Part shown: piece by piece, positions 13,092 through 24,889 of the stretch
Layout of the letters: every line of letters begins with the position of its first letter
How positions within the stretch are numbered: the first letter of the stretch is position 1
DNA from: Rhynchobatus australiae
Lineage: Eukaryota
Reading direction: 5' to 3'
Length of the DNA stretch: 64,000 nucleotides
Assembly (NCBI GenBank): GCA_034780895.1
Contig: JAUZTB010000070.1
Coordinates: 15,988,482 to 16,052,481, forward strand
Notes under the pieces: model-generated
Told to the model about the DNA's origin: nothing
The model's input: the letters and a program-made list of their open reading frames with translations, nothing else
Databases searched by the model: none
Position numbers and translations under genes: made by a program

Positions 13092-16000
13092 TTACTCTCC
13101 CCCACCTTCAGTCACGAGCTGCACATGCCCATCCTGTTCCTTAATCACTGGTGCGTCTTCTGAGTCCCCGCTTGCTCCGGGTGTGAGTAAAGTTGGACTG
13201 GTGTTACTGGAATCAGAGCTCAGTTCTAAAGTGTCGGAGAGAGGTAATGAGCTCTTTGGGTTGAGATCAAAATCTTCATCTTCCACCTCTAGGGACTCAT
13301 GGATACCTATCCTCAAAACAGAAACAAAAATCAGCGAGCACCACCCACAACAACCCAGATGATAAGCCTCTGGCAATATGGTTATTGATCAATGCTACTA
13401 GGACATGGACAAATCAGACAAATGAGATGGATGTTACAGTCGAAAAAGAACATCAAACCAATTCAAACACTTCCTTCAATTAAGTAAACTCCTTCCTTCT
13501 GCTACCCATTTATACCTTTCTCCATCCAGCCAAGCATCACTATCCAACATCCCCAGCTAATCTCCAAAAGGCACCCCACCCTCCTCCCATCCCGCCCGGT
13601 GGGGGAATACACAAACTGAGCTCATCCACCTTTTCAGCACAGCTGACAAGAGGGAACATTGCCTGGTTAATGGATGGGCACTAACGCATACTCAGCCATT
13701 CCCGGGCTCATTCACACCGCTGCTCCACTCATCAGAGTGGGTATGGAGACCCAGACTCTGAGGCCCCGACTCTGGCTACAAATCTGAACATTCAGCTTAT
13801 TGTTTGACTTTCCTTCCTCTGGTTGATGTGTTAATTCTACCGGTCCCCAGATACATTCTACTTGCTCACACATCAGGCATGCACTGGCATCTCACCCAAG
13901 TTCACGGAGCACAACAACACAAACAGACCATTGGACAAAGGATCCATGCCGGTGTGCTCAAGCTTCACGAGTGTCCACCCCCCATCAGTACACTCCCCCT
14001 GTTTTTCCTCTCTCCTCATTGTGTTTTACTTAACTTCTTAAATGGAATTCTGCCATTCATTTCTGTCACTCCCTGCCAGGATAAGTTCCCCACAAACCTC
14101 TGGGAAAAGGATACAATGATGTAGTGGACTATTGTCTAGAAGCCTTGACAGAAACCAGAAATACGAGCTTGAGTCCCTCTATGGCAGTTGGGGATATAAA
14201 TTCAATTAAATATACCTTGAATGAAAAGTTCTTACCTGTAATGATGACTGTGAAACTATTTGAATATCCTTAAAAAACCCATCTGTTTTAATAAGGAAAT
14301 TCCAGGGAGAATATCTGCCAGCCTTACCAAGTTTAGTCTGTATGTGACTCTGGACCAACAGTGATATGGCTGATTCTGCTCTATGAAAGGTACCAGCAGG
14401 TCACTCAGCTCAACTGGTAATAATCAGTAAATGTTGAACAAGCTTGTAATCTCATGAATAAAACAAAAAGTCTGTTCCAATTTCTTAAGACTTATTAATG
14501 AGTTATTACAAAACAGCCTCTGGTTCTGGACTCCTTTACAAGTGGAAATATTATTTCTATGTTCACTCGCATCGAATACATTGGATTATACAGTCAACAC
14601 GTGCTTCAACATGTGTATAAGCACATACCCCAACTACTGACAGACCTGCTGACTTTCCCTCAATCACTGAAAGATACCGTGGGCAGTTCCACAGCATTGC
14701 CTGGTAAGAAATGCACTAAGCAGTATGTAGATATACATGCAGAAATCAAGTGATGAGACACGGATTCCGAACTTTCTCCAAAAGGAAAAAAATATCAAAA
14801 TCAGTTTAACCCAAAAAAGTGTAGACCAACCGTTTCCCACTCAGATTCTGGGAATCCAGTCTTTCCCCATCTGTCTCTGAACCCGGCTGTTAAAACCCAA
14901 TCAAATCTGTTCCCTCCCATTGATCTATCTGGAACTTTGCCACACCATCCACCACCTACTTTATTTGTTAATAGTGCTGTCATAGCCAACACTCCCCTCT
15001 CTCCACACATGCTCGATCTGCCCGAGATTCCACACCTACCTATCTTACAGTTCTGGCTACTCAGTCTAACCAAGCCTATTCCCCTTTCTCCACTGTCTTC
15101 AACCGAGTAGTGCTGTGAAAAGTTGCTTTATTTATTCATTTAATTCTTCCACTGATTAAACCAAAGATCTAATCTCTCAATACAAACTTACTTGAAAATC
15201 CATGAACTCTGAATAAAGCTAGAACTGAGAACAAGTGCCGAATCAACTGACTGTCCCTCCCCTCGTTACATTAAGAGGTGACAGGGAGTTTACTCCACAG
15301 ATCATGCTGTCAAATGTGAAAGCTGATTTTCATTCCCAGACACTCTTACCATGGAGTCCCAAAACTGAATACAAAGGGTATTAATAACAGCACAGTTCCC
15401 CTGTACATACTCACTGCTGAATGCTTCTGGATGCTGCTTTGAAAGTTTGTCCTTTAGTGTCCTGCAGGTGGGAAAAAAAATCAAGTGACATATCAGACCC
15501 CAGAAAACACATTACTGCAAACCCTTCTCCTAATTTTAGTCATTTGTCCAAACCACTTGCTGAGACTTTTTAACTGTAGAATCTGAATGTTCCAGCTCCT
15601 TGTACAGCAATAGTGCCTGTACCTTTATGCAGAAACATGATGCATCAGCACACACACAGCTGCACACACACAACTGAGCCACGTGTAATAGCAATTACTG
15701 TTTGATCAGCCCCCGCACTGCATATCCAGCAGTGATCAGTCTTGTTGCATCTGCTCCCTCTAGTGGTTGAAACCAGCACAGTGAAAGAACAGTGAAAATC
15801 AGTGCATTGGGCAAAAATACAAAGATTTGTCATTTTCATCTCCCAAATCTAAGCCCTTCCTGAAAACACATCCCTTCATGATGGGGGTAAGGGAGAGTTG
15901 GCAGCTGCTGGCTAATGCCTTATTGATGCAGTTCCTCCTGTTCTCATTTGATGGCGACAGGAGACCAGCGACTACGACAGGGCTTGTGGAGGAGACGGGA

Positions 16001-19000
16001 GAGGAAATTTTTCAGGTAAGTGTTAGTGTAGGGCATTGGGGACGGAACTCCACTGGAGGCTCTGCCACTGAGATTGAAGCAAAGCAAGAAAAAGCAGAGG
16101 TCCAAGGTGCTGCAGGAGGCCAAGGTCAGGTGGGTTGAGGCCTCAAAGGGGGGGCTTTAAATAAAATTGAAAGGGTGGAAATGCAAAGCCCACTGGTGAG
16201 AGGAAGAGGGAAGTGGCTGTGAAGACTCTTGTGAGAAGGGGCCCCAGAGGATGCAGAAGGGGAACAGCAGGGACTAGGGAAGCTGTATAGCCATAAGGGC
16301 AAGGATGGAACCACAAAGATGGGGAAGATGGAATGGGCAAGAGTCCAAAAAGATCACATGAGGACTACAGGAGAATGGGTCAACACTGAATATTAGGCAA
16401 GGGGGGGCCATGAGGATTCAATAGGGAGAGTATCTGGAAGTAGAGAACAGGGTGACACAGGCATGGGGAATATGAATGGATGGGGGTTGGAGTCCATAAT
16501 GACAAAAGGAGGTGCCCTGCAAGGACAAATGGTAGAGGGGATATCTACTTCCACTCACGCATTCAGTGTTCCACTTCCCGACACTGTACCTTATCCGGCG
16601 GAAGATATTGTCGAGATCCTTTTTCATCTCCACAAGAGCACGGGTGTGGTGCAGGTATCGTTCGGTCATCTGGTTCAGCCTCACACTTGACAGGTTGTTG
16701 AAGTTCAGCAACATCTCATTTGTTTTTTCAAAACGGTCCAGCCTGGGAAAGGTCATGAAATGCAGGTACATGTTTGGATGAAGGTGAAATGTTAATTGTG
16801 TTTTTCTTTCCACAGATACCACCCAACCTGCTGAGTGCTTCCAATAGTTTTTGTTTATAATTGCAGATTTACAGTATTTGCAATGTTTTGATTTTCACAA
16901 GACGAGGGGGGTTTGACCTATGAGAACACTGCTATGGTCAATGTACCCCAGGATAAGGAAACCCAAGATTCAATAAGACTGTCATATCAAAACACCACAC
17001 CACAAAGGTCAATGAGTCAGTGCCTCTGGGACCCCCATCCCAGTGAGAGACGGTATCTAGGAGACCTGGGTCTCAGAGAAAGTGTTGACAGTAATGAAGT
17101 GCTTCCAGAGGTTGGTTATGGCTCAAATCAACTCCTGCCTCAGTAAGGACCTGGACCCACTTCAATAGGTCTATGGCAGATGCTATCTTGCTGGCTCTCC
17201 AATCTGCTCTGGACCACCTGGGCAATCAGAACGCAAACGTCAGGCTGTTGTTCATTGACTACAGCTTGTCGTTCAACACCATCACCCTCAGAACTTATCA
17301 TCAAGCTCCAAACCTGGGCCTCGGTATCAGGATTTGGATCCACGTCTTCCTCATCGGGACACCACAATCAGTACAGATCAGAAACATCATCTCCTCCACA
17401 TTGACCATCAACACAGGCACACCTCAGGGCTGCACATTTAACCCCATGCTCTACTCTCTGTATACCTACAACTGTGTGGCTAAGCATAGCTCCGACACCA
17501 TCTACAATTCATTGATGACACCACTGTTGTTGGCAGAATCACAAAAACTAACGAGGCAGCGTACAGAAGTGAGCTAGGTCAGCTGGTTGAGTGGTGTCGT
17601 AACTACAACCTTGCACTCAACTTCGGCAAGACCAAGGAACTGATTGTGGATTTACAAAGGGGAAGTCTGCAGTGAAAAGGGTGAGCAGCTTTGAGTTCCT
17701 GGGTGAGAACATCTCAGAGAACCTATCCTGGACCCAGCACAGAGATGCAACCATGAAGCAAGCACAACAGCATCTCTACTTTCTTACAAGTTTAAGGAGA
17801 TTTGATATGTCATCGAAGACTCTGACCAACTTCTACAGATGTACAGTGGAAAGGATTCTGACTGGATGCTTCACGGCCTGGTATGGAAACTCCAATGCAC
17901 AGAAACTCAAGAGGCTACAGAGAGTGGTGGACTCATCCAGTTCCATCAAGGGTACAGCTCTCCCTGCCATAGGGAATATCTACAAAAGGCGATGTCTCAG
18001 GAAGGCAGCATCCATCATCAGGGATCCCCCCCATCCTGGCCATGCCCTCTTCTCAATGCTGCCATTAGGCAGGAGGCAGGAGGTACAGCAGCCTGAAGAC
18101 CCACCCCTCAAGGTTCAACAACAGCTTCTTCCCCACCACCATCAGGTTCGTGAACCAACCCAATAAACATTAACACTACCTCAGACTATATACTTTTTTC
18201 TTCTCTCTCAATCTTGCACTAGTATCGTTGTTTATTTTGCCTTTTTTGTACACGAGCGATGCATAATGTGCATTAATTTAAGTTTACATTGTTGCAAAAA
18301 GCTAATATTCATGGCATTTATACCCTGTATATGTATGCCTACAACAACAATAAACTTGACTTGACTGTTTGTGGAACTTGTACCCCAGAGAGATTCAGTA
18401 TTGGCAAAGCCTATATCTGATTGAGCATCAGTGTGTGTGTGGGACATGTCTATAATCCCTTTGTAGCCACATGTTCCTTTTACTTTTCTACCCACCTTTG
18501 TGTTATCAGAAAATTTATAAACAATTGGTGCCTTGATTCAAGTTATATATACAAACTGTAAAAAGTTGAAGCTCCAACACCAGTTCCAATGGTACATTAT
18601 TCACTACTTTCTCTTTCCTATTAGCCAGTCAATCATCTATCCACTCTAGAACATTACTTCCTATGCCATAAGCTTTCTGCTATAACCTTCAAATGCCTTC
18701 TGGAAATCTAATCATAGTACATCCATTGGTTGCCCTTAATCCACAGGTCAAAGAACTTCAGTTGGTCAAACATGATTTTCCTTTCACAAAAGGATGTTGT
18801 CTTTGTCTGATCATCTTGAATTTTCCTAAATACCCTGCTATAACACCTTTAAAAATAGTTTACAACATCTATAAGGAAAACATTAAGTTAACTGTCCTGT
18901 AATTTCTTGCTCTGTCTCCCATTCTTTTTGGATAAAGATGTTACATTTACTATTCTCCAATGGAACTTTCCCTGATCAGGGATGTTTTGGAAAATTAAAA

Positions 19001-19915
19001 TTAAGGCATCAATTGTTTAATCACACTTCTTTTATCACTTTAGGATGAAGTTCACCTAGAGATTTGCATAACAATTCACTCATTACCACTGCCATGGATT
19101 TTTCAGGATTTCTCCTTCCTGCCTATTTCTGATTTACAGCTTTTCCTGGGATTTACTTATCTTCAGTAGTGGAAAATGATGCAAAATTTGTGGTTAATTC
19201 ATCTGCCATCCTTTTGTTTTCCATAAATGCCAAGGCTCAGCTTCCACAGGACCAGTACTTGTTTTCTTAACTTTTTATGAATATCTATAGAAACCCTTGT
19301 TGTTTTTCTCTATTTCTGGCTATTTATACTCTAATTTTGTTTCTTTCCTTTTTAATTTTATATATATATATAGCTAAATTTTCAAATCCATCTTTGTGTG
19401 ATTATATGATGCTTCTCTAAATCCAATACTACCTTTTACTTGGTTAGTGAACCATGGTTGGTGAGTTCAAGATGAATTGGGTCTTTCTTTGCAGCAATAA
19501 AGTCAGAAGCAATTAAAAAAAAGACAGTAGTTCTATAAAATGGAAGTGAGTCCAAGAAGAAAAACAGTAATACTTAACAACTTTGACAGCAAATATTCAG
19601 CCATGTTGGACTCCCTTGAAGGATGTGCAGATGTGGAAGACTTAAGCGACAATGTTGTTTTGCTTTGGATGTCTCACTTTAAACAAATGGATAAACAGCT
19701 CTGCTGAAGCACCAGATTATGATGAAAGCAATACTCCAAGGATCGTGACACGTGTCTGTCTCTGTGTGAAAGGCTGAGCAGCAGAGGCTAGACAGTATCT
19801 GCCAGCAACAACGTACTCACATGTGTCTCTGTGCCTGGACAATGGCATTAACATCCTCACGGTTCACCATGCTCAACATTCTGCTGCAGAACACCCCAGC
19901 AGCTGAGGACTCCAT
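13092..19915 (-). CDS. KXD1: KxDL motif-containing protein 1 (BORC subunit), 169 aa
   Basis: Exons 19915-19821 (MESSAAGVFCSRMLSMVNREDVNAIVQAQRHM), 16742-16590 (LDRFEKTNEMLLNFNNLSSVRLNQMTERYLHHTRALVEMKKDLDNIFRRIR), 15461-15415 (TLKDKLSKQHPEAFS) and 13306-13092 (acidic, Ser-rich tail). All introns GT-AG, phases compatible, 510 nt in total, KKDL motif present. Confidence 0.96.
15751..15768 (-). promoter_or_regulatory. CTCF-binding motif in a KXD1 intron
   Basis: Reverse strand reads ACCACTAGAGGGAGCAG, a close match to the CTCF core consensus. Confidence 0.55.
17146..18365 (+). mobile_element. 5'-truncated, frameshifted non-LTR retrotransposon (Rex1/Babar-like reverse transcriptase)
   Basis: ORFs ADAILLALQSALDHL...VRLLFIDYSLSFNTI...GTPQGC...LYSLYT and FLGENISENLSWT...LYFLTSLRRF...NFYRCTVE. 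3' tail aataaacttgacttgact. Confidence 0.85.
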
Positions 19916-20289
19916 CCCTGCACCAGCCTGGCATGGACAGAAAACACCCATTATCTGGAGTACAGACAGTAGAAACACAATAACCCACAGTACTCTCCCA
20001 CAGCATTATCAAGTTTCAGACCTGTAAGCCACAACTTCAATACAGTGCCATACAATGACAGAGTTGTACTGTACTCAGGGTCGTACAGTGAACTAGCTGT
20101 ACCCACTGCTACACCTCAGGATTGTGCAGCAACAGATCCATACTCACCAGTATTATAACCCAGGATTACAGAGACACAGACATGTAGTGTCTCCATATTA
20201 GACAATGACACACCTATCCCCAAATTTGTACACACCAATATTATGACTCTATGTAATACAATGACAGACCTCAATCCACAATACTGTAT

Positions 20290-21380
20290 AATGACTGGCC
20301 TACTCTCTGTAACTGGACCCTTGACTTTCTGACCAACAGACCGCAATCAGTGAGGATAGGCAACAACGCCTCCAGCACGATTATTCTCAACACTGGTGCC
20401 CACAAGGCTGTGTCCTCAGACTCCCACTCGACTCCCTATATACTCATGACTGCGTGGTCAGATTCTGCTCTAACTCCATCTATAAGTTTGCAGATGTTAC
20501 CACCGTAGTGGGCCATATCACAAATAATGATGAGCTGGAGTACAGGAAGGAAATAGAGAGCTTAGTGGAATGGTGTCAATAACAACAATCTTTCCATCAA
20601 TGTCAGCAAAGCAAAAGAGCTGGTCACTGACTTAAGGAAAGGAGGTGGTGTACGTGCACCTGTCTACATCAAAGGTGCTGAGGTTGAGAAGGTTGAGAGC
20701 TTCAAGTTCCAAAGAGTGAACATCACCAACGGCCTGTCCTCATCCAACCACGTAGATGCCACGGCCAAGAAAGCTCATCAGCCCCTCTACTTCCTCAAGA
20801 GGCTAAAGAAATTTGGCATGTCCCCTTTGACACTCACCAACTTTTATCGATGCACCATAGAAAGCATCCTATCTGNNNNNNNNNNNNNNNNNNNNNNNNN
20901 NNNNNNNNNNNNNNNNNNNNNNNNNNNNNNNNNNNNNNNNNNNNNNNNNNNNNNNNNNNNNNNNNNNNNNNNNNNNNNNNNNNNNNNNNNNNNNNNNNNN
21001 NNNNNNNNNNNNNNNNNNNNNNNNNNNNNNNNNNNNNNNNNNNNNNNNNNNNNNNNNNNNNNNNNNNNNNNNNNNNNNNNNNNNNNNNNNNNNNNNNNNN
21101 NNNNNNNNNNNNNNNNNNNNNNNNNNNNNNNNNNNNNNNNNNNNNNNNNNNNNNNNNNNNNNNNNNNNNNNNNNNNNATCTACCTCACGAGCTTGTACCT
21201 TATTGTCTACCTACAATGCACTTCCCTGCAGCTGTGACATTTTACTCTGTATTCTGTCATTGTTTTTACCCTGTACTACCTCAAGACACTGTAATGAATT
21301 GATCTGTACAAATGGTATGCATGACAAGTTTTTCACTGTACCTCAGTACAAGTGACAATAATAAACCAATACCAATATTC
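20290..21380 (+). mobile_element. Second Rex1/Babar-like LINE fragment, spanning the gap 20876-21177
   Basis: Same RT C-terminal motifs (KAHQPLYFLKRLKKFGMS...NFYRCTIESILS) and 3' tail gtgacaataataaaccaatacc. Confidence 0.8.
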
Positions 21381-22149
21381 TAGTAGTACTACACCCACGT
21401 TACACAGTGAAAGACCTACATCCGGCAGTAATGTATTCAGGAACAGACTCATTACACCTGTATTGCCCTTAGGCAATAGGCAATATATAGGCCATAGATC
21501 TATTTACAACACACAATACTGTACCCTAGTGTAATATAGCAACAGATCTGCAACTACCAGTACTATATCCACATTATTCAGCAACAGATCTATTCCCATC
21601 TGCATTGTGTTTCAGTTTTATAAAGTGACAGAAATGTAGACATCATTACTGTGCCATAGTGTAACAAAGAAGCAGACCTGTATCTAGCAGCACCATACCC
21701 AGTGTCATATAATGATAGACACATCTCCACCAGTACCGTGTCCTGGTGTCAGACAGCAAGTGACCAGCATGAACCAATACTGACACAGCATTCTTTGGTA
21801 ACCAACCAGCATCACCAGTATTATAGCCCAGTGTTATTCAATGACGGGTCTATACCCTCTAATACTGAACCACAGTACTACACAGGCTCCTGGTGCCATG
21901 TAGTGTTCCACAGCATGTACAATGATAGGTCTATACCAATCTATTCCAGACTCCAATCATACACAGTGTCACACTTGCACCCAGAGATGAATCCCTGCTT
22001 TAGTGTTAGCCCTGTTCCCATCAAGACCTCTGGTGTTACACAGCAACAAACCTGTATCAATCATAATTGTTCCCCAGTATTAAACAGTGATAGATCCATT
22101 CACCGTACCAGGTCCTGTATCAGGTCCCAGTGCTATTAATTGACTGACC

Positions 22150-22570
22150 AGTGTTACAGGTATCTGCCCCACTGACTCTGCATCCCCAGTATTACAGGTA
22201 TCTACTCCACTGCCACTATGCCCCAGTGCTGTATAGATATCTGCCCCACTAGCACTGCCCCCCAGTGCTGTACACATATCTGCCCCCACCGGTACTGTAG
22301 CCTCAGTATTACACCTATCTGCCCCACCAGCTCCGTACCCTCAGTATTACACCTATCTGTCCCACCAGCAGCACACCCCTGGTGTTATACACATCTACTC
22401 CACTGGTACATCCAGTGGGTGCAACACCTGTACCCCAGTATCACACACATCTACCCCACTGGTACACCCAGTGGGTGCAACACCTGTACCCCAGTATTAC
22501 ACACATCTACCCCACTGGTACTGTACGCCAGTGTTACACACATCTGCCCCACCAGCTCTGTATCCCAGTA
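22150..22570. repeat. Degenerate minisatellite (cagtattacacacatctaccccactggta)
   Basis: Tandem imperfect copies, including a near-exact ~58-bp duplication at about 22385-22520. Confidence 0.75.
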
Positions 22571-22719
22571 TAGGGATTGACCTGTCCCGCCAGTACTCCA
22601 GTGTCATACCATGACTGAGCCATCCCCAGCGTTATACAGCTACCAACCTGTCTCCCCAGTACCGACCCCAAGTGTATATAGCGAGAGGCCTGCACCATCA
22701 GCACCGTACACCCACCAAT

Positions 22720-23060
22720 ACACAGCGGGATGCCTCCAAGCTCCCACCGGTTCCTATGTCTTCTCCGGGAGCCGAGTCGCTGCCACTTCTCCACCTCAGT
22801 AACTGCCGCTACAAACCGGTCAAGCCTGCGGCTCCGCGGTTCCCGCTCCCCGGCCGAGCCGGGTCGGGCCTACCGGGTCCGCTTTCCCCAGCCCCTCCAC
22901 AGCGTCACCCTGGAAACCAGAGCGCGCATGCGCATCCACCACCGGTCCCGCCCTGGACACGGGGTCTCCCAGGCGTAAGTGCGCGGATCCGCGGGGTTTC
23001 CCAGCCAGCCAGCAGGGCCGAGTATTTGTTCCAGCCTTGGGCGATGCACGGCAAGATCCC
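22720..23060. promoter_or_regulatory. CpG-island promoter and probable non-coding exon 1 of KXD1, with NRF1 site
   Basis: Most CpG-dense stretch of the window, 5' of KXD1. Palindromic GCGCATGCGC (NRF1 consensus) at 22924-22933 and a GC box CCCGCCC near 22947. Confidence 0.75.
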
Positions 23061-23159
23061 ATAAATTGCCTGGTGACTCGATCCAAACGATGCGCTTTGA
23101 TGAAGTGGACTGAGGGATAAACAATCTCATAGGGCACTCACGACTGCCTCCCTCGGCGG

Positions 23160-23577
23160 TGCGGCGCTCCCTCAGTACTGCCTCTTCCGGCGATGCGGCG
23201 CTCCCTCGGTACAGCCCCTCCAGTGTGATGGCACTTTCAATACCTCTTGTCCATTGGTGTCGCACTCCCTCAGTACTGCCCCACGGGCAGGGCAGCACTC
23301 CCTCAGTACTGCCCCCTGTGGCAGGGCAGCACTCCCTCAGTACTGCCCCCTGTGGCAGGGCAGCACTCCCTCCTTACTGCCCCCTGTGGCAGGGCAGCAC
23401 TCCTTCAGTACTGCTCCTGGGACAGGGCAGCACTCCCTCAGTACTGCCCCCTGTGGCAGGGCAGCACTCAATCAGTACTGCCCCCTGGGGCAGGGCAGCA
23501 CTCCCTCAGTACTGCCCCACGGGCAGGGCGGCACTCCCTCCGTACTGCTCCTGGGGCAGGGCAGCACTCCCTCAGTA
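23160..23577. repeat. Minisatellite, ~31-33 bp unit (gcactccctcagtactgccccctgtggcagggca), about 10 good copies
   Basis: Direct tandem copies visible in the sequence; they explain the repetitive ORFs in all frames. Confidence 0.9.
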
Positions 23578-23684
23578 AAGCTCCCAGCCTGCAGTATTCT
23601 GTCAATGCTGCCCTTCCAAGAATGAGTCACTTCCTCAGTAAGGCCCCTCCGAAAGCAAGGCGCTCTCTCAATACTGGGGAAACA

Positions 23685-23860
23685 AGAGACAGCAGATGCT
23701 GGAATCTGGAGCAACAATCAAGATGCTGGAAGTACTCAGCAGGGCAGGCAGCATCTGTGGAGAGAAAATCTCAATCTCAAATCTCAACCTGCAACAACAA
23801 CTGTCCATTTACTTCCAAAGACGCTGCCTGACCTGCTGAATTCCTCCAGGGTATTGTTTG
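23685..23860. mobile_element. Short inverted-repeat element (Penelope-end/MITE-like); related copies at ~5330-5465, 40440-40740, 47780-47890, 53770-53965, 58110-58480
   Basis: ctggaagtactcagcagggcaggcagcatctgtgga is followed by its approximate reverse complement acgctgcctgacctgctgaattcctccag. Confidence 0.55.
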
Positions 23861-24872
23861 TTATCCTCTCAAAACTGCCCTTCTAATGGTTTCGTGCACT
23901 AACGGTGCTTCACTGAATGGTGAATGGTTCTTATTGTATCTTTCTGGTCAGTTTCCCCAGGAGGTGATGTGCAGCTCTGTCTTTTACCAGGATATTTTCA
24001 GAGTCTAGGGTGTGGTCACCTCCAATGAGTGTGCCAACCTAATATTGAATGAGTAGACTTTTGCTGTTGAGTAAATATGGGATGGAACTAGGTGATGGAG
24101 GAGGAGCTAGCCTTACGGCACAAAGGTTTTCTTAGCTGAAGTCAAGGGTGCTGAAGGGTCTTGAGAATGTGGCATAATCCTGACAAAGTCGTCCCACTTG
24201 GTCTGTGCCTCAAACTCAGGCCCTGAAACTGTCCAGCTCTGGGAACTGCCATCCTATGCCATTCCACACAGTACAGAGGCCTTTCCTTTGCAGGATGCTC
24301 TTACATACTCTTCATTTTCTTGAGAATGCAGCGGGAGCTGAATGTCATAATGCATGATTCTCAAAAGGCTAAAATGCTTGGTGAGCAAGTAGGTAGAATT
24401 ATAATTTATTGCTACAGGAATCAAATTCAAAAGTTAGGAGATATCTGGTGTATTGGTCTCCAAGTTTAAGGAAGGATATAATTTGGAAGCATTAAAGGGA
24501 AGATTTGCTAAATTAGCTTGGGCTGGTTGCCTTATGTGGACAGCTTGAACAGACAAGGCTTGTATTTGCTGGAGCATACAAGAGTGAAAGGTGACTTGAT
24601 TGACACATAAAAGATGCATAACAACTTTCTCTCATGCAAAGGTCGTGAGTCTTTGGATTTTTCCAAAGGGCAGCAGAAGCAGAAGCAAAGTCTTTCAATA
24701 TTTTCAAAGCAGAATTAAATAGATTCTTGAAGTGCAAGGGAGTGAAAGGTTACTGTGGAGTTGAAGTTGTAGTCACATCAGCCATGATCTTATGAAATGG
24801 CAGAATTGGTTTGAGGGCATGGGTGGTCGACTTAATTCATATGCTTGTGTGCATGCTCAGGTTCAGTCAGTT

Positions 24873-24889
24873 CTGCCATCTAGTGGTCA
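24873..24889 (-). promoter_or_regulatory. CTCF-binding motif, intergenic
   Basis: Reverse strand reads TGACCACTAGATGGCAG, near-consensus. Confidence 0.6.

Noticed and set aside
23160-23577. Repeat array resembling CRISPR, with long repetitive ORFs
   Set aside because: Units are head-to-tail without unique spacers, there are no cas genes, and the context is vertebrate; it is an ordinary minisatellite.
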